From: Magnetococcales bacterium DCbin4
GTDB taxonomy: Bacteria; Pseudomonadota; Magnetococcia; Magnetococcales; UBA8363
Assembly: GCA_002753735.1 (NCBI GenBank)
Contig: PEAN01000007.1
Span: 63,883-95,882, forward strand
Length of the DNA stretch: 32,000 nucleotides
Direction of reading: 5' to 3'
The position numbers and the translations under genes were made by a program. The notes below the pieces were generated by a model. It was given only the letters and a program-made list of their open reading frames with translations. It was not told the origin of the DNA and searched no databases. This document shows positions 15,652-24,850 of the stretch, one piece after another (position 1 is the first letter of the stretch; each line of letters opens with the position of its first letter).

Positions 15652-16440
15652 TCAATGCATGTGTATGGAGTCATTGATGTAGACACAGGTCAGGATGGTG
15701 AAGATATAGGCCTGGATGAAACCGATGAAGATTTCAACTCCGGTAAAAACAACAGTAAATCCGAAGGGAAGCCAGGCACCCCACCATGGCAGGGTGATGA
15801 CGTAGAAAAACATGACCGCAAGCATGGTATGTCCTGCGGTCATGTTGGCGAACAGACGAACGGCCAGCGAAACCGGGCGGGCGAGAAAAGAGATGATTTC
15901 GATGGGAACCATCAACGGCATCAACAGTACCGGCACTCCGCTGGGAACGAAAAATTTAAGATAATGGCTGCCATGGAGATAAAAGCCGTAGACGAACGAA
16001 AAGGCAACGATGGACATGGAAAATGTAGCGGTCACGATCAATTGTGAGGTGACCGTGAAGGAACCGGGAATCAATCCGGCCAGATTGCAGAAAAGAATGA
16101 AGTAGAACAACGTGAAAATGTAGGGAAAGAAGGGACGCCCCTTGTCCCCGATGATTTCGGTCACGATGCCATGGATGAAAAGATATCCCAACTCACCCAG
16201 GCTTTGCATCCGTCCGGGGACGGTAGTCGGATTTTTGAAGGCCAGACGGAAGAAGATCATGACCAGGGCGATGGCAATCCACATCCACAGGACGGAATTG
16301 GAAATGGAGATATCCAACAGCCCCAGAAAAGAGACATCCACCTGTTTGGTCACCAGGAAATGGTGTAGCGGATCCATTTTGGGTGCCACGGCAGCGATGG
16401 CGTGGTTTGTGACATCCGTGGAGGTAACGGTTGAACTCAT
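15652..16440 (-). CDS. atpB: F0F1 ATP synthase subunit a
   Basis: SLAVRLFANMTAGHTMLAVM, GVEIFIGFIQAYIFTILTCVYINDSIH. Confidence 0.96.
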   Translation of the reverse strand: MSSTVTSTDVTNHAIAAVAPKMDPLHHFLVTKQVDVSFLGLLDISISNSVLWMWIAIALVMIFFRLAFKNPTTVPGRMQSLGELGYLFIHGIVTEIIGDKGRPFFPYIFTLFYFILFCNLAGLIPGSFTVTSQLIVTATFSMSIVAFSFVYGFYLHGSHYLKFFVPSGVPVLLMPLMVPIEIISFLARPVSLAVRLFANMTAGHTMLAVMFFYVITLPWWGAWLPFGFTVVFTGVEIFIGFIQAYIFTILTCVYINDSIHMH

Positions 16441-16466
16441 GATTCCTCTGATGCCTCGATTGAGTG

Positions 16467-16763
16467 TCAGGTTGAAGGTGGCGTGGACTGGACCAGGCGG
16501 TACGCATTACGCATTCCGGCAGCGGCGCCGAAAAACAAGAACACCACCGTTCCCCAAGGATCCGAATGAAGCCAATGATCCAAAAGGTACCCCAACCCGG
16601 TACCGATCATCGTAGCCACAACCAATTCAGTCCCCAGGCGCATGGCCAATCCCGCTCCCGAGGATCCCATTCCCGGATGTCGGGGCCCGGGGGCAACCGT
16701 CCTGGAATCGCTGTCCGTTGGTGCAGTTGGTTTGGTTCCAGAACTCGGGTCGGGCGTTGCCAA
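16467..16763 (-). CDS. atpI: ATP synthase subunit I (AtpI/AtpZ-like)
   Basis: LAMRLGTELVVATMIGTGLGYLLDHWLHSDPWGTVVFLFFGAAAGMRNAYRLV, upstream of atpB. Confidence 0.85.
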   Translation of the reverse strand: MATPDPSSGTKPTAPTDSDSRTVAPGPRHPGMGSSGAGLAMRLGTELVVATMIGTGLGYLLDHWLHSDPWGTVVFLFFGAAAGMRNAYRLVQSTPPST

Positions 16764-16892
16764 GGGTTTATACCATTTCCTTAGAAGCCTGTATCAGCGA
16801 TGACATTCACGATGATTCCATCATTTCAGGGGGACATCCTAAAAAACCTTTGCCCCGCTGTCAACATTCGTGTCCCGCCATGAGGTGAATAT

Positions 16893-17157
16893 GATCAAGA
16901 AAAAAGGGCGGGGGGATGAGGTCCACCCGATATTGGTCCTGCACCTGGATTCCGCCTTGTCACATTGATTCACCAGGGACTGATGATTCCTTTGGAATGT
17001 CAACCGGGGCCTGACCGCACCCAAGGCTCTTTTTTATGATTGTGATCGATCACCAAAGTCAAAACCTTGGGGGACTTCTTCCCCAAACCCCCCTGTGGGG
17101 GATGTAAAATCAAAACCCTGGGGGCAATCCCTTGAGATCCCATTTATTTATTGATCA
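16893..17157. repeat. Composite palindromic repeat region, type B copy 1 (core 17055-17140)
   Basis: ATGATCAAGAAAAAAGGG at the left; AAAGTCAAAACCTTGGGGGACTTCTTCCCCAAACCCCCCTGTGGGGGATGTAAAATCAAAACCCTGGGGGCAATCCCTTGAG at the right, with TTGATCA at the right edge. Confidence 0.65.
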
Positions 17158-17194
17158 AGATGACAAAAACCATGTATCCCGAATTGGATGCGGT

Positions 17195-18664
17195 TCAATC
17201 CAATCCCATGTCGGTGCATTTTTTGCGCAAGGTGTTGCGGTTGAGTCCCAGAATGCGTGCCGCTTTGACGCGATTGCCGCGGGTTTCACGCAAAACACGC
17301 GCAAACAGGGCCGTTTCCATTTGGCGCAGGACGATTTCATGCAGATTGGTGATGTCGGCGGCATTGAATGTGGCAAAGTGACGTTCGACCAGGGCGATGA
17401 CACAATCTTCCAGAGAAGGACCTGGAGGGGGACGGGAATCCCGGGACGGTTCCTGCGTCAAGGAATGGATCAGGGGGGGGGTGTTGTTGGCGTTTTCGGT
17501 TCCGGTGCCGATGAAATCCAGGCGGTCGGGTCCGATGGTATCGTGCGGGGCCAGGATCATCAGGCGCTGAATGAGGTTTTCCAATTCGCGGACGTTGCCG
17601 GGCCAATTGTAGGATTGCAATACCGCGATGGCCTCGGGGGTGAACCATTTGGGGGGGATGTTGACCTTTTTGGAAACCTGGGCGAAGAAATAATCGCACA
17701 ACAAGGGGATGTCCTCGGGGCGGGAACGCAGCGAGGGGACGCTCAACGGAATGACGTTCAAACGATAAAACAAATCTTCGCGAAATCGTCCGCTGGCAAT
17801 CGCCAGAGGGAGATCCTGATGGGTGGCGGCGATGATGCGGACGTTGGCGCTGATGGTTTCGGTTCCGCCGATCCGGGTGAAGGTTCCGTTTTGCAATACC
17901 CGCAGCAAACGTGTCTGGGCTTCCATCGGCATGTCGCCGATCTCATCGAGAAACAATGTCCCTTCACGCGTCCGCTCGAAATGTCCGGTACGCCGGGAAA
18001 TGGCTCCGGTGAATGCCCCCTTTTCGTGGCCGAACAATTCGCTTTCCACCAGATTCCTGGGAATGGCAGCCATGTTGATGGCGGTGAACGGACCATGCCG
18101 CCGCGGACTGTGGGCATGAATGGCCCGGGCCACCAACTCCTTGCCGGTCCCCGACTCCCCATGAATCAATACCGTCATCTCCGAATTGGCCAGCCGGCCA
18201 ATGGTGCGAAACAACTCCTGCATCGCCCGTGATGAACCGATGATCCCGCCGAAACGGTCCATGTCCACCCCCTTTTTCGGGGAGTGGGGGGTGCTGCCGT
18301 CCAACGCCCGACCGACCAGTTCCACGATCTTGATGATGTCGAAGGGTTTGGAAAGATATTCAAACGCCCCTCGTTCAAAAGCCCCCACGGCGTTTCTCAA
18401 GGTACTTTGCGCGGTGATGACGATGACGGGCAGTTCCGGCCGCAGTGTCTTGAGCGTCTTCAACAGATCCAGCCCCGAACCGCCCGGCATGACGATGTCG
18501 GTGATCACCAGATCGCCGTCACCGGGCGTGGCCCGGGCGAGCAGATCTTTGCAATTGTTGAACGTTTCGACCGCAAAACCTGCCTGGGTCAAGGCGGTTT
18601 CAAGCACAAAGCGGATCGATGCATCATCGTCGGCGACCAGAATGGTTTTTGGATGGTGGCTCAT
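17195..18664 (-). CDS. ntrC: Nitrogen regulation response regulator NtrC
   Basis: REC domain (ILVADDDASIRFVLETAL, VITDIVMPGGSGLDLL), GESGTGKELVARAIH, GAFTGA and C-terminal GNRVKAARILGLNRNTLRKK. Directly downstream of ntrB. Confidence 0.94.
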   Translation of the reverse strand: MSHHPKTILVADDDASIRFVLETALTQAGFAVETFNNCKDLLARATPGDGDLVITDIVMPGGSGLDLLKTLKTLRPELPVIVITAQSTLRNAVGAFERGAFEYLSKPFDIIKIVELVGRALDGSTPHSPKKGVDMDRFGGIIGSSRAMQELFRTIGRLANSEMTVLIHGESGTGKELVARAIHAHSPRRHGPFTAINMAAIPRNLVESELFGHEKGAFTGAISRRTGHFERTREGTLFLDEIGDMPMEAQTRLLRVLQNGTFTRIGGTETISANVRIIAATHQDLPLAIASGRFREDLFYRLNVIPLSVPSLRSRPEDIPLLCDYFFAQVSKKVNIPPKWFTPEAIAVLQSYNWPGNVRELENLIQRLMILAPHDTIGPDRLDFIGTGTENANNTPPLIHSLTQEPSRDSRPPPGPSLEDCVIALVERHFATFNAADITNLHEIVLRQMETALFARVLRETRGNRVKAARILGLNRNTLRKKCTDMGLD

Positions 18665-18665
18665 G

Positions 18666-19760
18666 TCAGGGTATCGGCAGAAAGATGCGGAAAATCGTAC
18701 GTCCCGGATGACTTTCCACCTCGATCTGACCGCCATGATCATGGACGATCTTCTGACAGATGGTCAGCCCCAGGCCGGTTCCCTTGATTTTGGTGGTCAC
18801 AAACGGCAGAAAAATTCTTTTTTTCATTTCATCCGGAATGCCAGGGCCGTTGTCCTGAATTTCGACGATGATCTGTTTGCGTCGCCGTCCCTGTTCGAAC
18901 CGGATCCGGTCGGAAATGCGCGAAACCATGTGCAGGGTTGGATGTTGGACCCCGCGCAGGGCTTCCAGGGCGTTTTGCAGCAGATTGAGGAACAACTGCA
19001 CCAGTTGATCCCGGTCACCGCGGATGAACGGAAGTGAGGGGTCGAAGTCGATGATCGGCTCCGGGGTCATGGGGCCGATGATTTTTTGGACATGATTGAG
19101 GATTTCATGAATATTGGTTTCTTTTTCCATCACCGGTTGATTGTCTGCCAGACCCAGCAATGAATCCAACAAACGGCTGATCCGATCCACTTCCGAACGG
19201 ATCAACTGAGTGCAGGTGATGGCGGAGGCGCTGGGGGATTGCATTTCGATCAGTTGGGCGGCACCGCGGATTCCCGCCAGGGGGTTTTTGACCTCATGGG
19301 CAACCGACATCGCAAGGAAACCAAGAGAATCGAGCGTTTCGTTCAATCGTTCTCCCGCTTCCAGGCGTTCCGAATCACCCATTTCCTCCAGTTGCAACAA
19401 GGTTCCCATGGGTACGCCTTCGGCACTGCGGATGGGAACGACCGTCAGGGAGACCGACAGCAGTCGGTCGGGGGCGGGGGCGATGTGGGACGAACGGCTG
19501 CGAAAGGGCATGTTCAGGTTTTGGGCGCGATGGATCAGATCCAGCGCCACCGGATACCCGGGCAAAAGCATTTCGATGGATTGTCCCAACAGCCAGCGGC
19601 GGGTTTTGCCAAACATCCGTTCGCTGGCGGCGTTGACGTTTTGCACTGTCATCTGGTTGTCCAATGCCAGCAGGGCCATGTCGAGGTGGTCCCAGAGCAT
19701 GGCCAGGGGAAAGGGACTCACTTCCCGTGATTTTTCTTCGGGTTTGACGGTCGGCATCAT
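18666..19760 (-). CDS. ntrB: Nitrogen regulation sensor histidine kinase NtrB
   Basis: PAS domain, H-box LAMSVAHEVKNPLAGIRGAAQLIE, and the N/G boxes NLLQNALEA, DNGPGIP and KGTGLGLTICQKI. Confidence 0.94.
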   Translation of the reverse strand: MMPTVKPEEKSREVSPFPLAMLWDHLDMALLALDNQMTVQNVNAASERMFGKTRRWLLGQSIEMLLPGYPVALDLIHRAQNLNMPFRSRSSHIAPAPDRLLSVSLTVVPIRSAEGVPMGTLLQLEEMGDSERLEAGERLNETLDSLGFLAMSVAHEVKNPLAGIRGAAQLIEMQSPSASAITCTQLIRSEVDRISRLLDSLLGLADNQPVMEKETNIHEILNHVQKIIGPMTPEPIIDFDPSLPFIRGDRDQLVQLFLNLLQNALEALRGVQHPTLHMVSRISDRIRFEQGRRRKQIIVEIQDNGPGIPDEMKKRIFLPFVTTKIKGTGLGLTICQKIVHDHGGQIEVESHPGRTIFRIFLPIP

Positions 19761-20788
19761 TGGACTCGGTGTTCGGGTTGAGCATCGAAGAATTGTTGAA
19801 TCATGGTGGCGGTGGTATCGGGGTCGGGCGAATGGTTGATGGCGTCACGGAAACGGGCCCCTTCGGCCAGACCCCGGGTGTGCCAGGCAAGGTGTTTGCG
19901 GGCGGCACGGTTGCCGATCACCGGCCCCATGTGTTCGATCATGGCATGGAAATGGTCCATGACCAGGGTGCGCCGCTGATCCAGTCCGGGAGGAGGGGTC
20001 AGGGTGCCATGGTTGAGGAAATCGGCGACCTGGGAAAAAATCCAGGGTCTTCCCAGCGCGGCGCGACCCATCATGATGCCATCCACGCCGGTGACGGCAA
20101 GCATCTTTTGGGCGCTCTGTCCGTCAATGACATCGCCATTGCCAACGACAGGGATGGTGAGGGTTTGCTTGATGGCGGCGATGGCGGTCCAGTCGGCGGT
20201 TCCATGATACATGTCGGTCCGTGTTCGACCGTGGACCGTGACCATGCGGGCGCCATTGTCCTGGGCCAGACGGGCGATGGTCAAGCCGTTTTTGTGTTGA
20301 TGGTCCCATCCCAGGCGGATTTTGACCGTGACCGGGACGGTGACGGCCCGAACCACGGCGGCGATGATGGCGGCTGCCCGGGATTCATCCTTGAGGAGTG
20401 CGGCTCCGGCGCCGTTGTTGCAGATTTTCTTGACCGGACATCCCATGTTGATGTCGATGATCCGGGCGCCAAGCCCTTCGTTCATCCGGGCCGCCTCGGC
20501 CATGACGGCAGGATCGGATCCCGCAATCTGCACTGCGAGGATCGGTTCTGGATGAAGGGTACTGGCAATTCTAAGGCTTTTTGGAGTATGACGGATCATG
20601 GCCTGGGAGGCGACCATTTCGGAAAAGGCCAGATGTGCTCCAAATCTCAAGGCCAGATTGCGAAACGGGGCATCGGTCACCCCGGCCATGGGGGCAAGGA
20701 TCAGGGGAATGGATCTGCCCTGTGACGTGGTGCGGGAAAAAAGTTGTGAAATGGCATCCATGGATCGGCCGTTGATGTCGTAGCCCAA
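19757..20788 (-). CDS. dusB: tRNA-dihydrouridine synthase (NifR3/DusB)
   Basis: LILAPMAGVTDAPFRNLALRFGA, DINMGCPVKKICNNGAGAAL and VTVKIRLGWD. Translationally coupled to ntrB. Confidence 0.94.
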   Translation of the reverse strand: MGYDINGRSMDAISQLFSRTTSQGRSIPLILAPMAGVTDAPFRNLALRFGAHLAFSEMVASQAMIRHTPKSLRIASTLHPEPILAVQIAGSDPAVMAEAARMNEGLGARIIDINMGCPVKKICNNGAGAALLKDESRAAAIIAAVVRAVTVPVTVKIRLGWDHQHKNGLTIARLAQDNGARMVTVHGRTRTDMYHGTADWTAIAAIKQTLTIPVVGNGDVIDGQSAQKMLAVTGVDGIMMGRAALGRPWIFSQVADFLNHGTLTPPPGLDQRRTLVMDHFHAMIEHMGPVIGNRAARKHLAWHTRGLAEGARFRDAINHSPDPDTTATMIQQFFDAQPEHRVQ

Positions 20789-20833
20789 TAATTAGGCGAT
20801 TTTATCATTTTTTGTAAGTTTTTTTCAAGCGAA

Positions 20834-21463
20834 ATGAACCAACATCCCTTTTCCGATCTGCAATCCCGATTTGTCACTGGCGCGGTGGACGCCAAAGGAT
20901 TTCCTGTCGCCTCTTTTCCGGAAGTTGCTTTTGCGGGGCGTTCCAATGTGGGGAAATCGTCGCTTTTGAATCATCTGCTCAACCGGAAAAACCTGGCGCG
21001 GGTCAGCCGGACACCGGGCCGCACCCGGGAAATCAATTTTTTTTCCGTGGCGGAGCGGTGGATGTTCGTCGATCTGCCCGGGTATGGTTATGCCAAGGTT
21101 GCCCGTGACCAGAGGCGGTCCTGGGACCAGGTGATGGATCGTTATCTTGGTCACCGTTCCGCATTGCGGGTGGTGGTGATTTTGCTTGACTTGCGGCGCG
21201 GAATGACCGATTTGGATCGAGGATTGACTGATTTGCTGGCACAAAAAGGGATTCCCTGGCTGCCGGTGGCAACCAAGATCGACAAACTCAAATCCAATCC
21301 CCGCCGGATGGCGCTGCGGACGCTTCAGGAAGTGGTGGTCCGGATTCCCGGATATGGCTTGCCGCCGGTGGTGGCGGTATCGTCTTTGACCAACGAGGGG
21401 ATGGGGCTGTTGTGGCAACGGTTGGTGGAGATTTTGGATACCGTCCCCCGGGACTTGGAATGA
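20834..21463 (+). CDS. engB: Ribosome biogenesis GTP-binding protein YihA/YsxC/EngB
   Basis: EVAFAGRSNVGKSSLLNHLLNRKNLARVSRTPGRTREINFF, VDLPGYGYAKV and VATKIDKL. Confidence 0.95.
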   Translation: MNQHPFSDLQSRFVTGAVDAKGFPVASFPEVAFAGRSNVGKSSLLNHLLNRKNLARVSRTPGRTREINFFSVAERWMFVDLPGYGYAKVARDQRRSWDQVMDRYLGHRSALRVVVILLDLRRGMTDLDRGLTDLLAQKGIPWLPVATKIDKLKSNPRRMALRTLQEVVVRIPGYGLPPVVAVSSLTNEGMGLLWQRLVEILDTVPRDLE

Positions 21464-22800
21464 CGGGGCGGGATCCCCTTTCCGGCCCGCGTGGACGTGC
21501 GGTGGCGGCGGTGCTTCAGGTGATGCAGGAGGGGCTTCCCCTGCGTGGCGCGGATTGGCTGGAGGGATTGGAGACACGCGACAAAGGGTTGGCGGTTCAG
21601 ATCGCCATGGGTTCGTTGCGGCATTATTCGCTGTTGTCGGCCCAATTGACCCGATGCATGACCCGTCCACTGTCTGCCAGACGTTATTTCATCTGGGCGG
21701 TTTTGGTGACGGCTTTGTTTCAGGCCCGTTTCCTCCGGGTTCCGGCGCGGGCGGCGGTGCATGAAGCGGTCACGTTGGTCAAGAAATCCCGGGAGCGGGC
21801 CATGGCCCCCTTTTGCAACGCCGTGTTGCGCAAGGCGGTATTGTTGGATGCCGATGTCGTTCTCCATGACATCACCGATCCCATCGAACGGTTGGCCCTG
21901 GAAACCGCTTATCCCATGTGGCTGGTGCGTCGCTGGTGGCATCAGGTGGGGGAATCGGTGTGTCGTCAGCGCCTGGAGGCGGGAAACCAGCCTGCACCTT
22001 TGACCTTGCGTTTGCATGGCGATCCCGTGGCGCAGCAGGCCACCTGGCAAACATTGTCTCCCTTGGGGGCGCGCCTTTGTCCGGATACTCCGGGGGCGGT
22101 TGTGTTCGCGGCGGCAGGGGGGGTGGAGGGGATTCCCGGATATGCTGCGGGGCGATTTGCGGTAGCCGACCAGGGGGCGCAATGGATTCCACGATTGTTG
22201 CAGCCGGGGCCGGGGCAACGGATTCTTGATGCCTGTGCCGCGCCGGGGGGGAAAACAGCCCATCTGGTGCAATTGGCAGGTGAGGGAGTAACATTGACGG
22301 CGGTGGATAAAAGTCCCGCCCGCGTGCGGCGTATGCGGGAAAACCTCAAGCGATTGCGGGTGGAAGGGGTGGAGATTGTTTTGGGTGATGTGGCCGATGA
22401 CCGGTTGCTGGTGGGACGGACGTTTCACCGTGCCCTCATCGATGCCCCCTGTTCCGGGACCGGGATTATCCGGCGGCATCCTGATATCAAATGGTTGCGC
22501 CGCGAGGGTGATCCGGCACGGTTGCAACGTGAACAACTGGCAATCCTGGAGGCGGTTGCCCGGAAGATGGAACGGGCCGGGGTGATGGTGTATGCCACCT
22601 GTTCCATGGAGCCTGAAGAAAACCGGGAGGTTGTCCGCATGTTCCTCTCCAAGCATCCCCAGTGGTCGCTGGATCGCATTGTTCCTGAAACGTTGGGATT
22701 GCCGTCTGGATGGATTGATGTCGAGGGGATGTTTCAAACCTGGCCTGGACTCTGTGACATGGATGGATTTTTTGCGGCCAGGCTGGTCCAACATGGTTGA
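21460..22800 (+). CDS. rsmB: 16S rRNA (cytosine-967)-C5 methyltransferase RsmB-like
   Basis: NusB-like N-terminus, ILDACAAPGGKTAHL, DAPCSGTGIIRRHPDIKW and YATCSMEPEENREVV. ATGA overlap with engB supports the start at 21460. Confidence 0.92.
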   Translation: MTGRDPLSGPRGRAVAAVLQVMQEGLPLRGADWLEGLETRDKGLAVQIAMGSLRHYSLLSAQLTRCMTRPLSARRYFIWAVLVTALFQARFLRVPARAAVHEAVTLVKKSRERAMAPFCNAVLRKAVLLDADVVLHDITDPIERLALETAYPMWLVRRWWHQVGESVCRQRLEAGNQPAPLTLRLHGDPVAQQATWQTLSPLGARLCPDTPGAVVFAAAGGVEGIPGYAAGRFAVADQGAQWIPRLLQPGPGQRILDACAAPGGKTAHLVQLAGEGVTLTAVDKSPARVRRMRENLKRLRVEGVEIVLGDVADDRLLVGRTFHRALIDAPCSGTGIIRRHPDIKWLRREGDPARLQREQLAILEAVARKMERAGVMVYATCSMEPEENREVVRMFLSKHPQWSLDRIVPETLGLPSGWIDVEGMFQTWPGLCDMDGFFAARLVQHG

Positions 22801-22850
22801 AAGAAAAAAGGGGTCTGGGGGATTGCCCCCGGGGTGTTGATTTTTTTGAC
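22799..22850 (+). repeat. Half copy of the palindromic element
   Basis: GAAAGAAAAAAGGGGTCTGGGGGATTGCCCCCGGGGTGTTGATTTTTTTGAC, matching the left arm of copy 2. No right arm is seen. Confidence 0.8.
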
Positions 22851-22900
22851 GTTACACCTGTGTGGCATTCATCTCCAGGTGGATGGGTTAGGACGGATCA

Positions 22901-23464
22901 GTGGAAGCATTTCTCCTTGAGTATGGGTATTTGGTGCTGTTCATCGGGACGTTTCTGGAGGGGGAAACGATTCTTCTGGTGGCGGCCTACCTGGCTTCCC
23001 GTGGTTATCTCGACTTGTGGATGTCGATCCTTGTGGCGGGTACGGGTACCTTCCTGGGGGATCAGTTGACGTTTTGGATTGGACGGCGTTTGGGCAAGGA
23101 ATGGTTTTGGAAGCGTGAACGCCGCTGGACCAAAGGGGTTCGGCGGGTTCTTGAGCTGATTCAGCGTTGGGATATCTGGTTTGTCTTGAGTTACCGTTTC
23201 TTCTACGGCGTGCGCAACGTCAGTTCGTTTGCCCTGGGGATGAGTGACCTTTCCTTTATCCGGTTTTTGGTCCTCAATTTCATGGCTTCTTCCATTTGGG
23301 CACTTTCATTTGGTTTTGCGGGCTACTTCTTTGGCAAGGCGGTCAATCGGGTTTTAAGCCAGGTGATGGAATATGAAATGTATATTTTGTCAGGATTGGG
23401 CATCCTGGCGCTTACGATCTGGCTGATCAACCGGTTGGCGGCAAAAAAGAAGCAGGCCATGTGA
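22901..23464 (+). CDS. DedA family membrane protein
   Basis: LFIGTFLEGETILLVAAYLASRGYLDLW, GTFLGDQLTFWIGRRLG and FFYGVRNVSSFALGMSDLSFIRFLVLNFMASSIWA. Confidence 0.9.
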   Translation: MEAFLLEYGYLVLFIGTFLEGETILLVAAYLASRGYLDLWMSILVAGTGTFLGDQLTFWIGRRLGKEWFWKRERRWTKGVRRVLELIQRWDIWFVLSYRFFYGVRNVSSFALGMSDLSFIRFLVLNFMASSIWALSFGFAGYFFGKAVNRVLSQVMEYEMYILSGLGILALTIWLINRLAAKKKQAM

Positions 23465-23487
23465 AGGATGGTTTTGTGGCATGAAGA

Positions 23488-23916
23488 TCAACAACCCCCT
23501 GATGGGGGTTCGTGTACCATGACAAACCACGCGACCCCGAAACGATCCTGCACCATGCCAAAACAGGGAGACCAGAAGGTTTTTCCCAGGGGCATCTGTA
23601 CCTGTCCGCCTTCGCTCAAGGCGGTGAAGATCCGTTCTGCCGTACCGGCATCGGTCAGCGACAGGGTCAATGAAAATCCCTTGAAGCTGGCCTGACCGTC
23701 ACACCGTCCATCGGAAACCATGACCATGGTGTCACCGATGCGCAGGTTTGCATGCATGACCTTGTCGCCGGCATCCGCGCTGGGCCAATGCTCGGGGGGT
23801 TCGGGGCTGTCCCGGAAACGCATGAGAAACGTCACTTCGGCCCCCAAAACGTTGCGGTACAACGTGATGGCTTCATCACAACGTCCTTCAAAAAACAGAT
23901 AAGGTTCGACGTTCAT
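23488..23916 (-). CDS. VOC family protein, PhnB/YjdN-like
   Basis: MNVEPYLFFEGRCDEAITLYRNVLGAEVTFLMRF, VMHANLRIGDTMVMVSD and FGMVQDRFGVAWFVMV. Confidence 0.9.
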   Translation of the reverse strand: MNVEPYLFFEGRCDEAITLYRNVLGAEVTFLMRFRDSPEPPEHWPSADAGDKVMHANLRIGDTMVMVSDGRCDGQASFKGFSLTLSLTDAGTAERIFTALSEGGQVQMPLGKTFWSPCFGMVQDRFGVAWFVMVHEPPSGGC

Positions 23917-23952
23917 GGTCCATCCTTTCCGGCCAGCCCGACGAATGGGGGG

Positions 23953-24135
23953 TTACTTCGTGGGTTCGTAATAGCAATTCTTTGGTGATGTGACTTTGCC
24001 TTTTTTCTTCATCGCGGTGACGATCTTGCCTACTTCCTTCGGATCCAGCCCCGTGATCGCGGCCACTTCGGCATTTTTGAGCGGTTTGCCTGCTTTTTCC
24101 ATGGCCTCAAGAATGATTTTTTCTTTGTTTTCCAT
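23953..24135 (-). CDS. Small winged-helix/HTH-like protein
   Basis: MENKEKIILEAMEKAGKPLKNAEVAAITGLDPKEVGKIVTAMKKKGKVTSPKNCYYEPTK. Confidence 0.75.
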   Translation of the reverse strand: MENKEKIILEAMEKAGKPLKNAEVAAITGLDPKEVGKIVTAMKKKGKVTSPKNCYYEPTK

Positions 24136-24153
24136 GATTCTATCCTCAAATTG

Positions 24154-24462
24154 TCAGATGCCGGTAAAGATCAGGTCCACGGCGGCGATGATCTCACGGC
24201 GTAGGGTACTCAATGAACCCACCACTTCTTTCAGTTCGGAATGCCGAACCGCAGCCATTTCCGCCGTGGAAAGGAAAAATGTCCCACCGGCCAGGTCAAC
24301 GGTTGGGTTGAGAATACGGACCAGTGGCGTATCCGGGCAGACCGGATAAAGCGGAATAACCACCCGGGTTTTCAATGTATGAAGCAGATCGCTCTGCACT
24401 TCTACCAGGAATGCCACCTGGCTGCCGCTTCTGCGGTATTCATAAAGGTCGAACCGAGCCAT
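24154..24462 (-). CDS. ccdB: Type II toxin CcdB family
   Basis: ARFDLYEYRRSGSQVAFLVEVQSDLLHTLKTRVVIPL...ILNPTV...EVVGSLSTLRREIIAAVDLIFTGI. Confidence 0.9.
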   Translation of the reverse strand: MARFDLYEYRRSGSQVAFLVEVQSDLLHTLKTRVVIPLYPVCPDTPLVRILNPTVDLAGGTFFLSTAEMAAVRHSELKEVVGSLSTLRREIIAAVDLIFTGI

Positions 24463-24725
24463 CAGAAAAGTCGTTCGCCATCGCTGAACGGGCCATCTCG
24501 TTCGATGCGTTGGTTGTAGACCTCAATGGCGGTTCGGTTTTCCTCCTGCCAGGTGTGTCGTTTGCGTTCGGCAACGACCTGGGCGAGATGGTTCTCCAAC
24601 TCTTTGGAAATATTGATTTTCAATGCTTTCGCCTGGGCCGCCAGAGTGCTGTTGATACGCACGTTGAGGGGACGCTTCGGGGCAAGTGGATCGAACAGCG
24701 GCGTTTCCATGGCAGCCAATTCCAA
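24462..24725 (-). CDS. ccdA: Type II antitoxin CcdA family
   Basis: PLNVRINSTLAAQAKALKINISKELENHL...RHTWQEENRTAIEVYNQRIERDGPFSD. Stop overlaps the ccdB start (ATGA). Confidence 0.88.
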   Translation of the reverse strand: MELAAMETPLFDPLAPKRPLNVRINSTLAAQAKALKINISKELENHLAQVVAERKRHTWQEENRTAIEVYNQRIERDGPFSDGERLF

Positions 24726-24850
24726 GATATTGAAGCTGTGTACGCATGCATTGTACGCACAGTTTGCCGGCAGAGCAATATTCGGGGTGAACGTTCACAC
24801 CGTGGATCCATTTCGTCGGGGCCCATCCAGACACCCGTCTGCCGAGATGA

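Noticed and set aside
22592-22840. 82-aa ORF ending in ERKKGSGGLPPGC
   Set aside because: Alternate frame of rsmB running into the repeat element; kept only as evidence for the repeat.
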